The notes below the pieces were generated by a model. That model was not told the DNA's origin and ran no database searches. It worked only from the letters and a program-made list of their open reading frames with translations. The position numbers and the translations under genes were made by a program. A DNA stretch of 51,733 bases, from positions 1-51,733 of the forward strand of contig JAISCP010000083.1 of NCBI GenBank assembly GCA_031265495.1, read 5' to 3'. This document shows, piece by piece, positions 1 to 8,770 of the stretch. Numbering within the stretch: the first letter of the stretch is position 1; each line of letters begins with the position of its first letter. The stretch is from Heliobacteriaceae bacterium (GTDB taxonomy: Bacteria > Cyanobacteriota > Vampirovibrionia > Gastranaerophilales > Gastranaerophilaceae).

Positions 1-141
1 ATGTAATGAGGACGAAGCAATCCAGTCAAAACCGTTGAATTTACTGGATTGCCGCGTCGGGCTTACGCGCTGCAATGACGAAACAATGCAAAGTTAACAA
101 TGCCCTCAAGGGGAGGGTAATTTTTCCACCCTGCTAATTGC
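1..141. repeat. Family-A palindromic intergenic element (GAAGCAATCCAGT...ACTGGATTGC...CGCAATGACGAAACAATGCAAAGTTAAC), copy 1
   Basis: Near-identical to 7907-8053 apart from one 5-bp indel. Inverted copy at 51617-51704 and partial copy at 39977-40052. Confidence 0.9.
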
Positions 142-289
142 TTAATCATGTAACTAATTACTTGACATGTACAGCAATGACGGGACGGTTATGGTATGGC
201 TTTTTACTAATCCTATTTACTAATAAATTCATGTAACTAATTACTTAACATGTACAATGGCTTACTCTCTCCCGTATGGAGAGGAATTT

Positions 290-712
290 TCAATTTTGGA
301 TTGACGCCGCTAATTTTTGCAAGTACCTTCTGCACTGCTGAAGTTTGTCGTAGCCGAGCATAGCGCCCAGCATAAAGTCTTGTTCGGGCGATAATTTATT
401 CAACTTTTCATCAAAAGTTTTCACGACTTTTATGCAGTCTTCATCTCCAAAAAATACGTTTATGGTTCGGCCGCCGGCTGAGCGTATCAGGTAAGGTATT
501 TCTTCTTTTTGCAGTCTGTTTTCAATAATATCTCTGTATTGATTTTTTTCTGTTGTCAGAACAAGGTCACGCAGCCCTTTTTTATACTCGTAAATATGGT
601 GCCTGAATACCCGTAAATCACTATTTTCCTGACTAACAGCACCGGAATCGGAAGCAAAATGCACGCGGGGAACTACTTGGAAAGGTCTGTAAGCAATACC
701 GTGTACATTCAT
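290..712 (-). CDS. Small conserved protein, DUF2023-like (hypothetical)
   Basis: 140-aa ORF whose start overlaps the rmuC stop by 4 nt. The motif HHIYEYKKGLRDLVL recalls the DUF2023 family from memory only. Confidence 0.45.
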   Translation of the reverse strand: MNVHGIAYRPFQVVPRVHFASDSGAVSQENSDLRVFRHHIYEYKKGLRDLVLTTEKNQYRDIIENRLQKEEIPYLIRSAGGRTINVFFGDEDCIKVVKTFDEKLNKLSPEQDFMLGAMLGYDKLQQCRRYLQKLAASIQN

Positions 713-1770
713 AATACAGTCTCCGCCGCTTCAGACGGCAGTTCCGGCAAGTCTTTGTTCATTTTTACCCCTAATTCGGAAATCCTGTCTATTTTGGATA
801 AAATTCCGCCTTTGCCGCTGATTTTTGTAAATGTAGCAGTTAAAGAGTCTTTAATTTTTATCAAATCTTTTAAAATATCGGAAAATTTATCCAGCATTCC
901 CGTGCAAACTTCCGAAATTTCTTTTGCATTTTTATTTTGGCGGTCAACTGCGTGAAAAGAATTAATTATTTTCAAAGCCGCAAGCAGGGTAGACGGCGAC
1001 ACGGGCATTACCCGGCTCCTCCACGCGTAATCCCACAACGCCCCATCGTCACAGAACATTAACGAATAACAGCTTTCAACCGGAATAAACATCAAAACAT
1101 AATCCGGCGAGCCGTCCTGCGCAGAATAATCCCGTTTGGAAAGCCCTGTAATATGCGCTTTGGTAGAATCGGCAAACTGCTTTAGGTGAATTTGTTTTTC
1201 GTTTTCATCTTCGGCGTTAATATAGGCGTCCCAGCTTGCAAAAGAAGTTTTGCTGTCAATAAATATTGTTCTGTTTTCCGGCAAATAAACCGCTGCGTCA
1301 GGTCTGCCTTCGGCAGCGCCTTTCTGAACTGTGTATTCTTCATCCTTGCGCAGGCCCGAAGCTTCCAGAACACGCTCCAAAACAATCTCGCCCCAGCGGC
1401 CGGAAGTACGGTTATCGGATTTCATTGCTCTTACAAGAGAGTTGGTGTCTTGCGAAATCCTGTTACCCGTCTCAAGAAAAGACTTAATGTTCATATCAAA
1501 CCGTGTAAAATTCTCTGTTTCCGCTTTGAAATTTTCCTCAGTGCGTTTTTCAAAATCCTCAATGCGTTCTTTAAAACGTTTGAAAAATTCATCCAGCCGT
1601 TCTTTGTTCTGCTGTGTAAGCTCAACCGCGCTGTCTTTAAGGATTTTATTCGCAATATTTTCAAAATATAAATTTGTCTTTGAATTAACATTTTTGGTTA
1701 ACACAAAATAAAGCGCGGATACAACCACCGTACCGGTTAAAAAACCAATCAAAAACATTAATATTCCCAT
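709..1770 (-). CDS. rmuC: DNA recombination protein RmuC
   Basis: N-terminal TM helix and coiled-coil, then SGRWGEIVLERVLEASGL and a C-terminal nuclease-like region typical of RmuC. Confidence 0.85.
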   Translation of the reverse strand: MGILMFLIGFLTGTVVVSALYFVLTKNVNSKTNLYFENIANKILKDSAVELTQQNKERLDEFFKRFKERIEDFEKRTEENFKAETENFTRFDMNIKSFLETGNRISQDTNSLVRAMKSDNRTSGRWGEIVLERVLEASGLRKDEEYTVQKGAAEGRPDAAVYLPENRTIFIDSKTSFASWDAYINAEDENEKQIHLKQFADSTKAHITGLSKRDYSAQDGSPDYVLMFIPVESCYSLMFCDDGALWDYAWRSRVMPVSPSTLLAALKIINSFHAVDRQNKNAKEISEVCTGMLDKFSDILKDLIKIKDSLTATFTKISGKGGILSKIDRISELGVKMNKDLPELPSEAAETVL

Positions 1771-1996
1771 ACACGTATCCTTTTTTTTTAAATTGTATCA
1801 TAAAAAATCAATCATGCCGCAAAGCATGGTTCAGAGCATGGTTGAGGCAAAATATCAATCCAAAGATGTAAGACAATTCACCAAACCCTTGAATGCGTAA
1901 TATCAATCAGGTCATGGATGAAACACCCCTCTAAAAATAGTAGTATGTACAGTGTAGACCGAATTAAATACAAAAAAGTTTCAACAGGGGGAGAAA

Positions 1997-2695
1997 ATGA
2001 GAGAATTTAAAAGAAGAACCAGAGTATTAATAATTGATGATAATACGGACCATTTGAGAGGGGTAAAAGAACTCATCACGCTTGAAAGCAGCTTTGACGT
2101 CGCAGGCACGGCAACAAGCGCTAACTTAGGGATTAACCTTATCAAAAAATATCGTCCGGAATTGGTTATTATGGACATAAATATGCCTGAAAAAGACGGA
2201 CTGCAGGCTATTGCAGAAATCGAAAAACTGGAGTTGGGCGCTAAAGTTATTGCCCTCAGCGCTTACGATGACGCGGACTTAATTTTCCGCGCAATGAAAA
2301 TCGGAGCAAAAGGCTATGTCCTGAAAACTATGGCGTCAGCCCAGTTAATTTATGCGCTGGACGAAGTTGCCGCCGGAAAAATTTATCTTCCGACAGCGCT
2401 CACTTCCCGTTTCTTTGAACACTTCCAGCTGTCTTTCAGAGAAGAAGAAAATGCAAATTCTGCGGAAAACCTGCTGGCTTACCTGACTTCACGCGAAGAA
2501 GAAGTGCTTGATTTATTAACACAGGGGAATAACTACAAAGGCATTGCGGGAAAATTGTTTATATCGGAAACTACTGTTAAGACGCATGTAAATAATATTT
2601 TCCAAAAATTACAGGTAAACGACAGAACGCAAGCTGTACTTTACGCATTGAACAACAACTTTACGAACAAAAGACGGGCTAAAATGGCAGTTTAA
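1997..2695 (+). CDS. Response regulator, NarL/LuxR family (REC + HTH)
   Basis: REC motifs IIDDNTD and IMDINMP. C-terminal LuxR HTH LTSREEEVLDLL...ISETTVKTHVNNIFQKL. Confidence 0.9.
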   Translation: MREFKRRTRVLIIDDNTDHLRGVKELITLESSFDVAGTATSANLGINLIKKYRPELVIMDINMPEKDGLQAIAEIEKLELGAKVIALSAYDDADLIFRAMKIGAKGYVLKTMASAQLIYALDEVAAGKIYLPTALTSRFFEHFQLSFREEENANSAENLLAYLTSREEEVLDLLTQGNNYKGIAGKLFISETTVKTHVNNIFQKLQVNDRTQAVLYALNNNFTNKRRAKMAV

Positions 2696-2734
2696 GAGTT
2701 CCCTTAGGGGAAGACTCTCCGGTTTTGAGGCAGA

Positions 2735-3397
2735 ATGACACAGACAAGCAGCGAACTAATTTTTCAACAATCAAGGTGTATTTCGCACGAATTGCGAAAT
2801 CACCTTTCTATTTGCGAACTTTACTGCGAGATAATCAAAAAAAATCTTGACAAATCCGGTATAGAAAACGACTCTGTTAACAACGCGCTTAAATGTATTA
2901 AAAGGTCGCTGAAAATTATGGGGAATTCAATTCTCGATTTAAAATCGCTGGATAATCTTAAACCCGGTAAATATGATTTAAAACAGCTTATGGATGAGGC
3001 TGTTGAAACGTCTAAAGTTTACGGCGGCAGGTTCACGTGCAGCGCGCAAAAAAATGTACAGGTTTATGTGGATGAAAATAAATTTCTCGGCTGTATTGTA
3101 AATATCCTTAAAAACGCAGTGGAAGCAGGAGCTGACAAAATCAGAATTACGGCTTCGGCAGACAGGGAATATGCCCGTATAAATATATCCAATAACGGAA
3201 CACCGATTTTACCCGAAAAACAGCGGGAAATTTTTAATGAAGGGTTTACCACAAAGCAAAGCGGCGGCGTTCCGTCCGGGCGCGGACTGGGGCTTTTTAT
3301 CTGTAAAAACAATCTTGCCGCACTAAATGCTGAATTAAAACTTATCAAGTCCGACAAAAAATCAACCGAATTCGAAATTACGTTACCGGTGAGTTAA
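2735..3397 (+). CDS. Histidine kinase, minimal DHp + catalytic core with no TM or sensor domain
   Basis: H-box CISHELRNHLS begins about 15 aa from the N-terminus. N-box NILKNAVEAGA and G-box GRGLGL are present. Only 220 aa. Confidence 0.8.
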   Translation: MTQTSSELIFQQSRCISHELRNHLSICELYCEIIKKNLDKSGIENDSVNNALKCIKRSLKIMGNSILDLKSLDNLKPGKYDLKQLMDEAVETSKVYGGRFTCSAQKNVQVYVDENKFLGCIVNILKNAVEAGADKIRITASADREYARINISNNGTPILPEKQREIFNEGFTTKQSGGVPSGRGLGLFICKNNLAALNAELKLIKSDKKSTEFEITLPVS

Positions 3398-3458
3398 GAA
3401 GAGCGTTAATAGTGATTAAGAGGTATGGAAACATTTTTTGAAGTTCCAATTTGGAACC

Positions 3459-4139
3459 TCAAAAACCGGTTTCAGCCCAAGGATTATGTAACCCTTTAAA
3501 TTCATCAGGAAATTGAGAATTTTTTATTTTTTCCCAACTTATAAATAATGGCTTTGACTTAGTAAGTTTTTGTACTGCTTGAATATAGTATGGCTTTTTA
3601 CGGTTACTGTTATTCGGCTGCGGAGGAGGAACAAGAACAATGCGCCCCGTTGGGTATACTTCTTTTGCTCTGGCTATTGCAGTATCAAAATCACTGTCAG
3701 AACTTAATATATAACAGGTATCATACCCCTTCTCTAATGCTTTTTCTACAATAGTAATCGCAATATTAACATCCGTATTCTTTTCTTCATGCTTAGTTAA
3801 ATGTGTTCTGTCCTGTTTTGAATTACAGCCGCTGCAACGCTCACTTCGTTTACATCTGTTAATAGTCTTTTTTTTAAATTTCCCGAGAACGACTTTTATA
3901 TCTTGTGTTTCTAAAGCTTTTACATAGATTTTATGCCTTTCAACGGAATTTTTTCCCCTGTGTTCCGCATAAGCGGAAAAATAAATAAACTCAAAAGAAT
4001 TATTTTTAACATCATCAAAATATGCCTGTAACAACTTTTTATAATTAAGCCATTTTACACATACCTTATTTTTGTACTGATAATCATCTAATCTGTGGTA
4101 GAAGTTAAATCCATCAATTAAAACTAAAATCTTTGACAT
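3459..4139 (-). CDS. NYN (LabA-like) domain protein with a Cys-rich insert
   Basis: ILVLIDGFNFYH...NTDVNIA...ILSSDSDF acidic motifs of the NYN/PIN-like fold. Insert reads CKRSERCSGCNS. Region is AT-rich. Confidence 0.7.
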   Translation of the reverse strand: MSKILVLIDGFNFYHRLDDYQYKNKVCVKWLNYKKLLQAYFDDVKNNSFEFIYFSAYAEHRGKNSVERHKIYVKALETQDIKVVLGKFKKKTINRCKRSERCSGCNSKQDRTHLTKHEEKNTDVNIAITIVEKALEKGYDTCYILSSDSDFDTAIARAKEVYPTGRIVLVPPPQPNNSNRKKPYYIQAVQKLTKSKPLFISWEKIKNSQFPDEFKGLHNPWAETGF

Positions 4140-4159
4140 CTTATTCCTTTAAAAACGAC

Positions 4160-4183
4160 GAACAGTAACATTGGTTACTGTTC
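4160..4183. promoter_or_regulatory. Perfect 10-bp stem / 4-nt loop hairpin just upstream of the NYN start codon
   Basis: GAACAGTAAC-attg-GTTACTGTTC. On the minus strand it is followed by gtcgTTTTT and lies about 20 nt before the ATG at 4139. Confidence 0.5.
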
Positions 4184-4524
4184 GATGGCTTTCGCCGAGT
4201 ATGTGATAATCTTATAAATAATAAAATTTAATGTCAATTAGTTAATATCAGTCTATATCTTTATAAACGTTTCAAAATCACCTGAATTCTGTATTTAAAG
4301 TATATATTTACATTATTTCATACTTTAAACAATACTTAACATTATACTATATTATTCCCTAAATAGTCAAGAATTAAACTCTTAAAACCGAACATATAAT
4401 TTTGTAAATATTACACCCGGAGGTGCAGTTCGTAATCATTAAATTTTGTTAAGCATTTCCTTTAGATAATGGCAAATTCCGCCTATTTGTTGTTTTTATT
4501 TATATAAGTAAAGGGAAAAGTACT

Positions 4525-7500
4525 GTGGGATTTTTCAATTCATTATCCGAAATAGCAAAAAACCGCTCAAACTTCCGAAAGTGGGAGGAAGAACAGCGTG
4601 ATAACCGGGCGCAGCGTGAAGCTTTATACCAAAAACGCCCGCATTCCGATGCTGAGATTAAACATGCGCAGCAATTAGGCACAACAATTATTGATGTTGT
4701 GGATATAATGGACAACCATTCGGAAAGCATTGCCGAAAACGTGGAAACAGCAACCGCTCCGCTTTCGTCATTTGCCACGTACGCAACATTTATCGGCAGC
4801 TCGCTGCTTACAGGCAAATTTCTGATTAATCCGGCATACAAAGCAAGGCATAAAATAGCTGAAGAACAAATATACCGGAACCAAGCCGCAGAAAAACTTG
4901 CCCGGCAAATAAACGAAGCGGCGGGCGGAGGTAGAAGTTTTTATGCCTCTGATTTCAAAAAGAAAAAAGTTATTGACAGAATTCAAGACCCTGAGTTAAA
5001 ATCTCAGGCAAAAGCTATTTACGATAAGTATACGAAATCAATATCCAAGTACAAAAACCGCCCTAAATACGGTTTCATCGGCATTGCACTTGCAACTCTT
5101 GCAGCTTATATCGGTACAACGATTTTTGCGACTAAACTTCAGGTGGACAGTTCAAAGATTGCTCGTTTTCAGGCAAGAAAAATTTTGGAAGACCCTAAGG
5201 CTTTCGTAAAATACACTCCCGAACAAATTGAAGCCGCTAAAAAAGAGCTTGAAAATAATCCCGAATTAAAAAAGAAAAAACGCAAAGAAAAATTAAATAC
5301 CGGCTTTTTTAAGGGTATTATAAATGTTTTAAAAGACAGAAAAGCTTACAAAGAAGCTAAGCGGAACGATACCGATGAATCAAAAAAGGTTACGCGGGCG
5401 CTGACTCCTGAAGAAAGAGTTCTGGCGCAGAAAGACAAAGAAATAATCCAGCGCACTATCAGAATAGTAAACAACGAAGCGGAAAAATATTCCCAAAAAA
5501 TGGAAATGACCGCCGGATTGATTATGGGCGGAACACCGATATTAGGCGCTCTTGCAGGTTTGATTATAAACAAAATCGACAGCGCGGGCGGCTTTGTGGA
5601 AAAATATGTAAACAAAGCGGTTGATAAGCATGGAAGCGAGGAAGCTAAAAAAGCTTTCGCCGAGTTTAAAACCAAAAAACCCGGAAGTCCGGGATATTTC
5701 ACAAAATGGGTTAAGTTCCAGAAGGAACTCCTGCACGAAGGCAAGGAAGGCGCTAAAGAAAGCCGCAATTTTTTCAAAATAATCAAAAAATATTCAGTTG
5801 CAGGACTGGCGCACAGCCGGGGCAAGAAATGGATTTTTGCAGGCGCTTCCGCTATAATCAGCGGATTTGCCAGTTTAGTAATCGGGCTTAAACTCCAAAA
5901 GGCTTCTGCCAGAGCAGGACGCTATACCGCAAAACGCGAACTCGAAAAAGACCCCCGAAACTTCATCGGATATTCCGACGAGGATTTTCAGGAAGTAAAA
6001 GATGTTAAGGGGCAAAAGAAAAAATCCGGTTCAAAATTTAAAGAATGGACTTTATTCATTCCTACCGTAATGAAACAGTATTATGAATATCAGAAATTCA
6101 AAAAAAATGAATACAAAGAAAACAAAATTCTGCAAGAAGAATTAATGAAACAGGAAGTCACAGCCGAACAGCTTACGGATGCAAAAAACCTTCAAAGGAA
6201 ATTATTTAACACTTTTGAAAAGGTAGACGACAATTCTCAGCAATACTCCGAATCAACGGAAGCAGCCATAGAAATTGTCAAACCGTTCGTTTATATTGGC
6301 GGAGGTGCGCTGGCGCTTTCCCCTATCATATATACTGCCGTTCAGTTGAAAAAAGGCAAAACTACAATAATAAATAAAATAACCGGCAGACTGAGCAAAG
6401 CAAGCAAATTCCTAAAAAGCAAAATATTTAAAAATTACCTGAAGGATGTTGAAAAAAATATTCCGTACAAAGTTCAAGGTATGGATGCAAAAAGCAAACC
6501 GCTGGGTACGCTTTTAAAAAATGTTAATTTTAAAGAAGATACCATACCGGAAGCATCACAAAAAGTTTACCAAAATCTGCTTGGCGCTTCGGCGGATTTC
6601 AGGAAACTGGACAATGAAGCCCAAAAACAAGCTCTGGATAATTTGGCAGAGTCAATTAACAGTATCACGAAAAACTTTAAGTTAAAAGGACATGACGCCG
6701 GTAGTGTTGTCCGGCGTCTCGGACATTGCGACAATCCTCAAACCAGAGCTGACGTGCTGGATATTCTGCTCAATAATACAAAAGTTTTAACTGAAATGAC
6801 TTTGGACAGACGTGATGCGGCAATAGAATTTATCGAGCGGTATGACGGCGGAAAACTGATTAATTTTTCAGAAAATTTTCCAGAAATTTTACAGGAATTA
6901 AGTAAGTTGGATAAAAAAGATTTTCCTCATAAAATCGCAGATATTTTTAGTAATCCTGAGGCAATTACTGAACAACAATTAAAACAGTTTGGATTAGAAG
7001 CAAACCCGCTTCGGAAAATCTCAGTTGATGGCGCTAAAGAAGCGCTAAAGTCATTTAAGGAAAAAGTTGGAAAGATGTCTGATGCAGAAGTTGAAGTTGA
7101 AATGATGAAATACGGGCGCTTATTATCAGGAATGGATAAAAAGACAGTACTCGACATTATCCCTAAAGTTGAAAAAATAATTGATAATATTCCGGAAGCA
7201 GAACTCAAGGCGATATTCAACAAATTCATACAGGAATTCAGCGAACACCCTGACGAAGCGTTGCAATTGCTGATGTCGGGCAAAATTCAGCAAATATTTA
7301 TGACTCCTAAACTCAAAGCAGCTATTGCGGCGGCAGGCGTAAGCTGGACTGTATTCATCTTTGGATTAACCGGTATAATCGGCGTATGGCTTTCCGAATT
7401 GCAGTTAAAAGCCGGCAGGCTGGGTGTTATGAAGGCAATCGAATCGCTTGGCGACCCTGCATATTATGCAAATATTGAAATTCAGGAAGAGCGGCAGCAA

Positions 7501-7569
7501 GCGCCGCAAACTTCGCAAACGCCGCCGCAAAAAAGCTCAAGCCTGCTGGATAAGTTCAGACGCCGGTAA
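4525..7569 (+). CDS. Large lysine-rich multi-pass membrane protein, unknown function
   Basis: 1014-aa ORF with a GTG start and about 6 hydrophobic helices separated by long charged, coiled-coil-like segments. Internal repeats are described in findings. Confidence 0.75.
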   Translation: MGFFNSLSEIAKNRSNFRKWEEEQRDNRAQREALYQKRPHSDAEIKHAQQLGTTIIDVVDIMDNHSESIAENVETATAPLSSFATYATFIGSSLLTGKFLINPAYKARHKIAEEQIYRNQAAEKLARQINEAAGGGRSFYASDFKKKKVIDRIQDPELKSQAKAIYDKYTKSISKYKNRPKYGFIGIALATLAAYIGTTIFATKLQVDSSKIARFQARKILEDPKAFVKYTPEQIEAAKKELENNPELKKKKRKEKLNTGFFKGIINVLKDRKAYKEAKRNDTDESKKVTRALTPEERVLAQKDKEIIQRTIRIVNNEAEKYSQKMEMTAGLIMGGTPILGALAGLIINKIDSAGGFVEKYVNKAVDKHGSEEAKKAFAEFKTKKPGSPGYFTKWVKFQKELLHEGKEGAKESRNFFKIIKKYSVAGLAHSRGKKWIFAGASAIISGFASLVIGLKLQKASARAGRYTAKRELEKDPRNFIGYSDEDFQEVKDVKGQKKKSGSKFKEWTLFIPTVMKQYYEYQKFKKNEYKENKILQEELMKQEVTAEQLTDAKNLQRKLFNTFEKVDDNSQQYSESTEAAIEIVKPFVYIGGGALALSPIIYTAVQLKKGKTTIINKITGRLSKASKFLKSKIFKNYLKDVEKNIPYKVQGMDAKSKPLGTLLKNVNFKEDTIPEASQKVYQNLLGASADFRKLDNEAQKQALDNLAESINSITKNFKLKGHDAGSVVRRLGHCDNPQTRADVLDILLNNTKVLTEMTLDRRDAAIEFIERYDGGKLINFSENFPEILQELSKLDKKDFPHKIADIFSNPEAITEQQLKQFGLEANPLRKISVDGAKEALKSFKEKVGKMSDAEVEVEMMKYGRLLSGMDKKTVLDIIPKVEKIIDNIPEAELKAIFNKFIQEFSEHPDEALQLLMSGKIQQIFMTPKLKAAIAAAGVSWTVFIFGLTGIIGVWLSELQLKAGRLGVMKAIESLGDPAYYANIEIQEERQQAPQTSQTPPQKSSSLLDKFRRR

Positions 7570-7625
7570 TTAATTAGTGAATAGCTATTAGTAAATAGTG
7601 AATAGAATTGTTAAAAACCTGCCAT
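7567..7625. repeat. Stop-rich gene-end module (TAATTAATTAGTGAATAG..TAGTAAATAGTGAATAG) plus GAATTGTTAAAAACC module
   Basis: Starts at the stop codon of the 1014-aa gene. Related modules occur at 24597, 29603, 31259 and 36988, and inverted at 16890 and 40205. Confidence 0.8.
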
Positions 7626-7631
7626 AACCTT

Positions 7632-7791
7632 CCTGTCATCCTGAACTTGTTTCAGGATCTGGCACATAGCAAGTCGCACTATCTGCTCAATTTCATTGCA
7701 GCATCTGTCAATCTGTACGGGTAAGAAAACTTTACAGAAATTGTATATTTGTATCGATGGTCAGATCCTGAAACAAGTTCAGGATGACAGG
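7632..7791. mobile_element. MITE-like element with ~30-bp terminal inverted repeats (CCTGTCATCCTGAACTTGTTTCAGGATCTGGC), copy 1
   Basis: The ends are reverse complements of each other. A second full-length copy of about 160 bp lies at 12925-13082. No coding capacity. Confidence 0.8.
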
Positions 7792-7806
7792 AAGAGCCTC
7801 TTTCTT

Positions 7807-7872
7807 CCGGCCCTCTCTACCCCACCCCGAAATTTGCTTTGGCAAATTTCGACCCTCCCTCAAGGGAGAGTG
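7807..7872. repeat. Family-C palindromic repeat (ACCCTCCCCTTGAGGGAGGGTCGAAATT..TTTCGGGGTGGGGTATAGAGGGC), inverted copy
   Basis: Related copies at 24671-24736 and 45396-45460, an interrupted copy at 37048-37153, and a partial copy near 16786-16832. Confidence 0.8.
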
Positions 7873-7906
7873 TTAACTTTTTATTGCTTTGTCATTGAGA
7901 TGACGA

Positions 7907-8053
7907 ATGTAATGAGGACGAAGCAATCCAGTCAAAACCGTTGAATTTACTGGATTGCCGCGTCGGGCTTACGCCCTTCTCGCAATGACGAAACAATGCA
8001 AAGTTAACACTGCCCCCTCAAGGGGAGGGTAATTTTTCTACTCTGCTAATTGC
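7907..8053. repeat. Family-A palindromic element, copy 2
   Basis: Aligns with 1-141. Its last few bases overlap the final codons and stop of mgtC. Confidence 0.9.
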
Positions 8054-8501
8054 TTTCTTCCTTTTTAGTACCGATAGTTTTTTTTTCAAACATTCTGGCG
8101 GAAACGAGCACCACAATCGCCAAAACGGTGGAAAACACCGCAAAGCCGTACATGCCTGCGCCGCAAGCCATTCCGACAGCCGCCGCCATCCACAGAGTAG
8201 CCGCCGTAGTGAGTCCGTGAACGGTTTCCCCGTGCCGGAGAACCGTTCCCCCGCCAATAAAGCCGATACCGGTAACTATTTGAGCCGCAACCCTTGCCGT
8301 ATCACGCACAGCCCCGCCTGCAGGCAAACCGTCCCCCATAATTAGCGGAAAACCGTAAATAGAAATTACCGTGAACACACACGCACCGAGACAAACAAGA
8401 ATATTTGTCCTTAACCCTGCATATTTATTGGAGAATTCACGCTCAAGCCCAATCGCAAACCCAAGCAGCAGAGCGGCTACTACTCTAATATATATATCCA
8501 T
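8046..8501 (-). CDS. mgtC: MgtC/SapB family membrane protein
   Basis: GLEREFSNKYAGLRTNILVCLGA...TGIGFIGGG is the typical MgtC N-terminal domain. Confidence 0.85.
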   Translation of the reverse strand: MDIYIRVVAALLLGFAIGLEREFSNKYAGLRTNILVCLGACVFTVISIYGFPLIMGDGLPAGGAVRDTARVAAQIVTGIGFIGGGTVLRHGETVHGLTTAATLWMAAAVGMACGAGMYGFAVFSTVLAIVVLVSARMFEKKTIGTKKEESN

Positions 8502-8514
8502 AATGACCTTTCTT

Positions 8515-8770
8515 AGAGACTAAGGGTTAGAGACTAGCTATTTCTTGTCTTTAACTCTTATCTCTCATTTTTTAATTAGTTCTACCTGTATACTTTGCTT
8601 GTTTTATTGAACATGCTTAACGGTTTTTAAACCTTTCAACTAATCTTTGACTGGATTGCTTCGTCGCAAGCTCCTCGCAATGACAGTATCAATAAAAGTT
8701 TCCGTTGTAAACCTTTCAACCATTCAACTTTTCAACTGTTCTGGTTTCCAGTCTCTAACCCCTAGTCTCT
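8515..8770. repeat. Composite repeat block bounded by 23-bp inverted repeats (AGAGACTAAGGGTTAGAGACTAG / CCAGTCTCTAACCCCTAGTCTCT)
   Basis: IR-L is 8515-8537 and IR-R is 8748-8770, matching at 21/23 as reverse complements. The interior holds family-A and octamer-array modules. Confidence 0.75.

Noticed and set aside
5346-5825. 159-aa minus-strand ORF, along with similar antisense ORFs at 4500-4841, 6927-7283, 48209-48809, 40402-40884 and 41472-42086.
   Set aside because: Each lies wholly inside a longer, better-supported gene on the opposite strand, with no independent signals.
7696-7944. 82-aa ORF.
   Set aside because: It lies entirely within MITE, family-C and family-A repeat sequence and has no RBS. 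It is a translation artefact.
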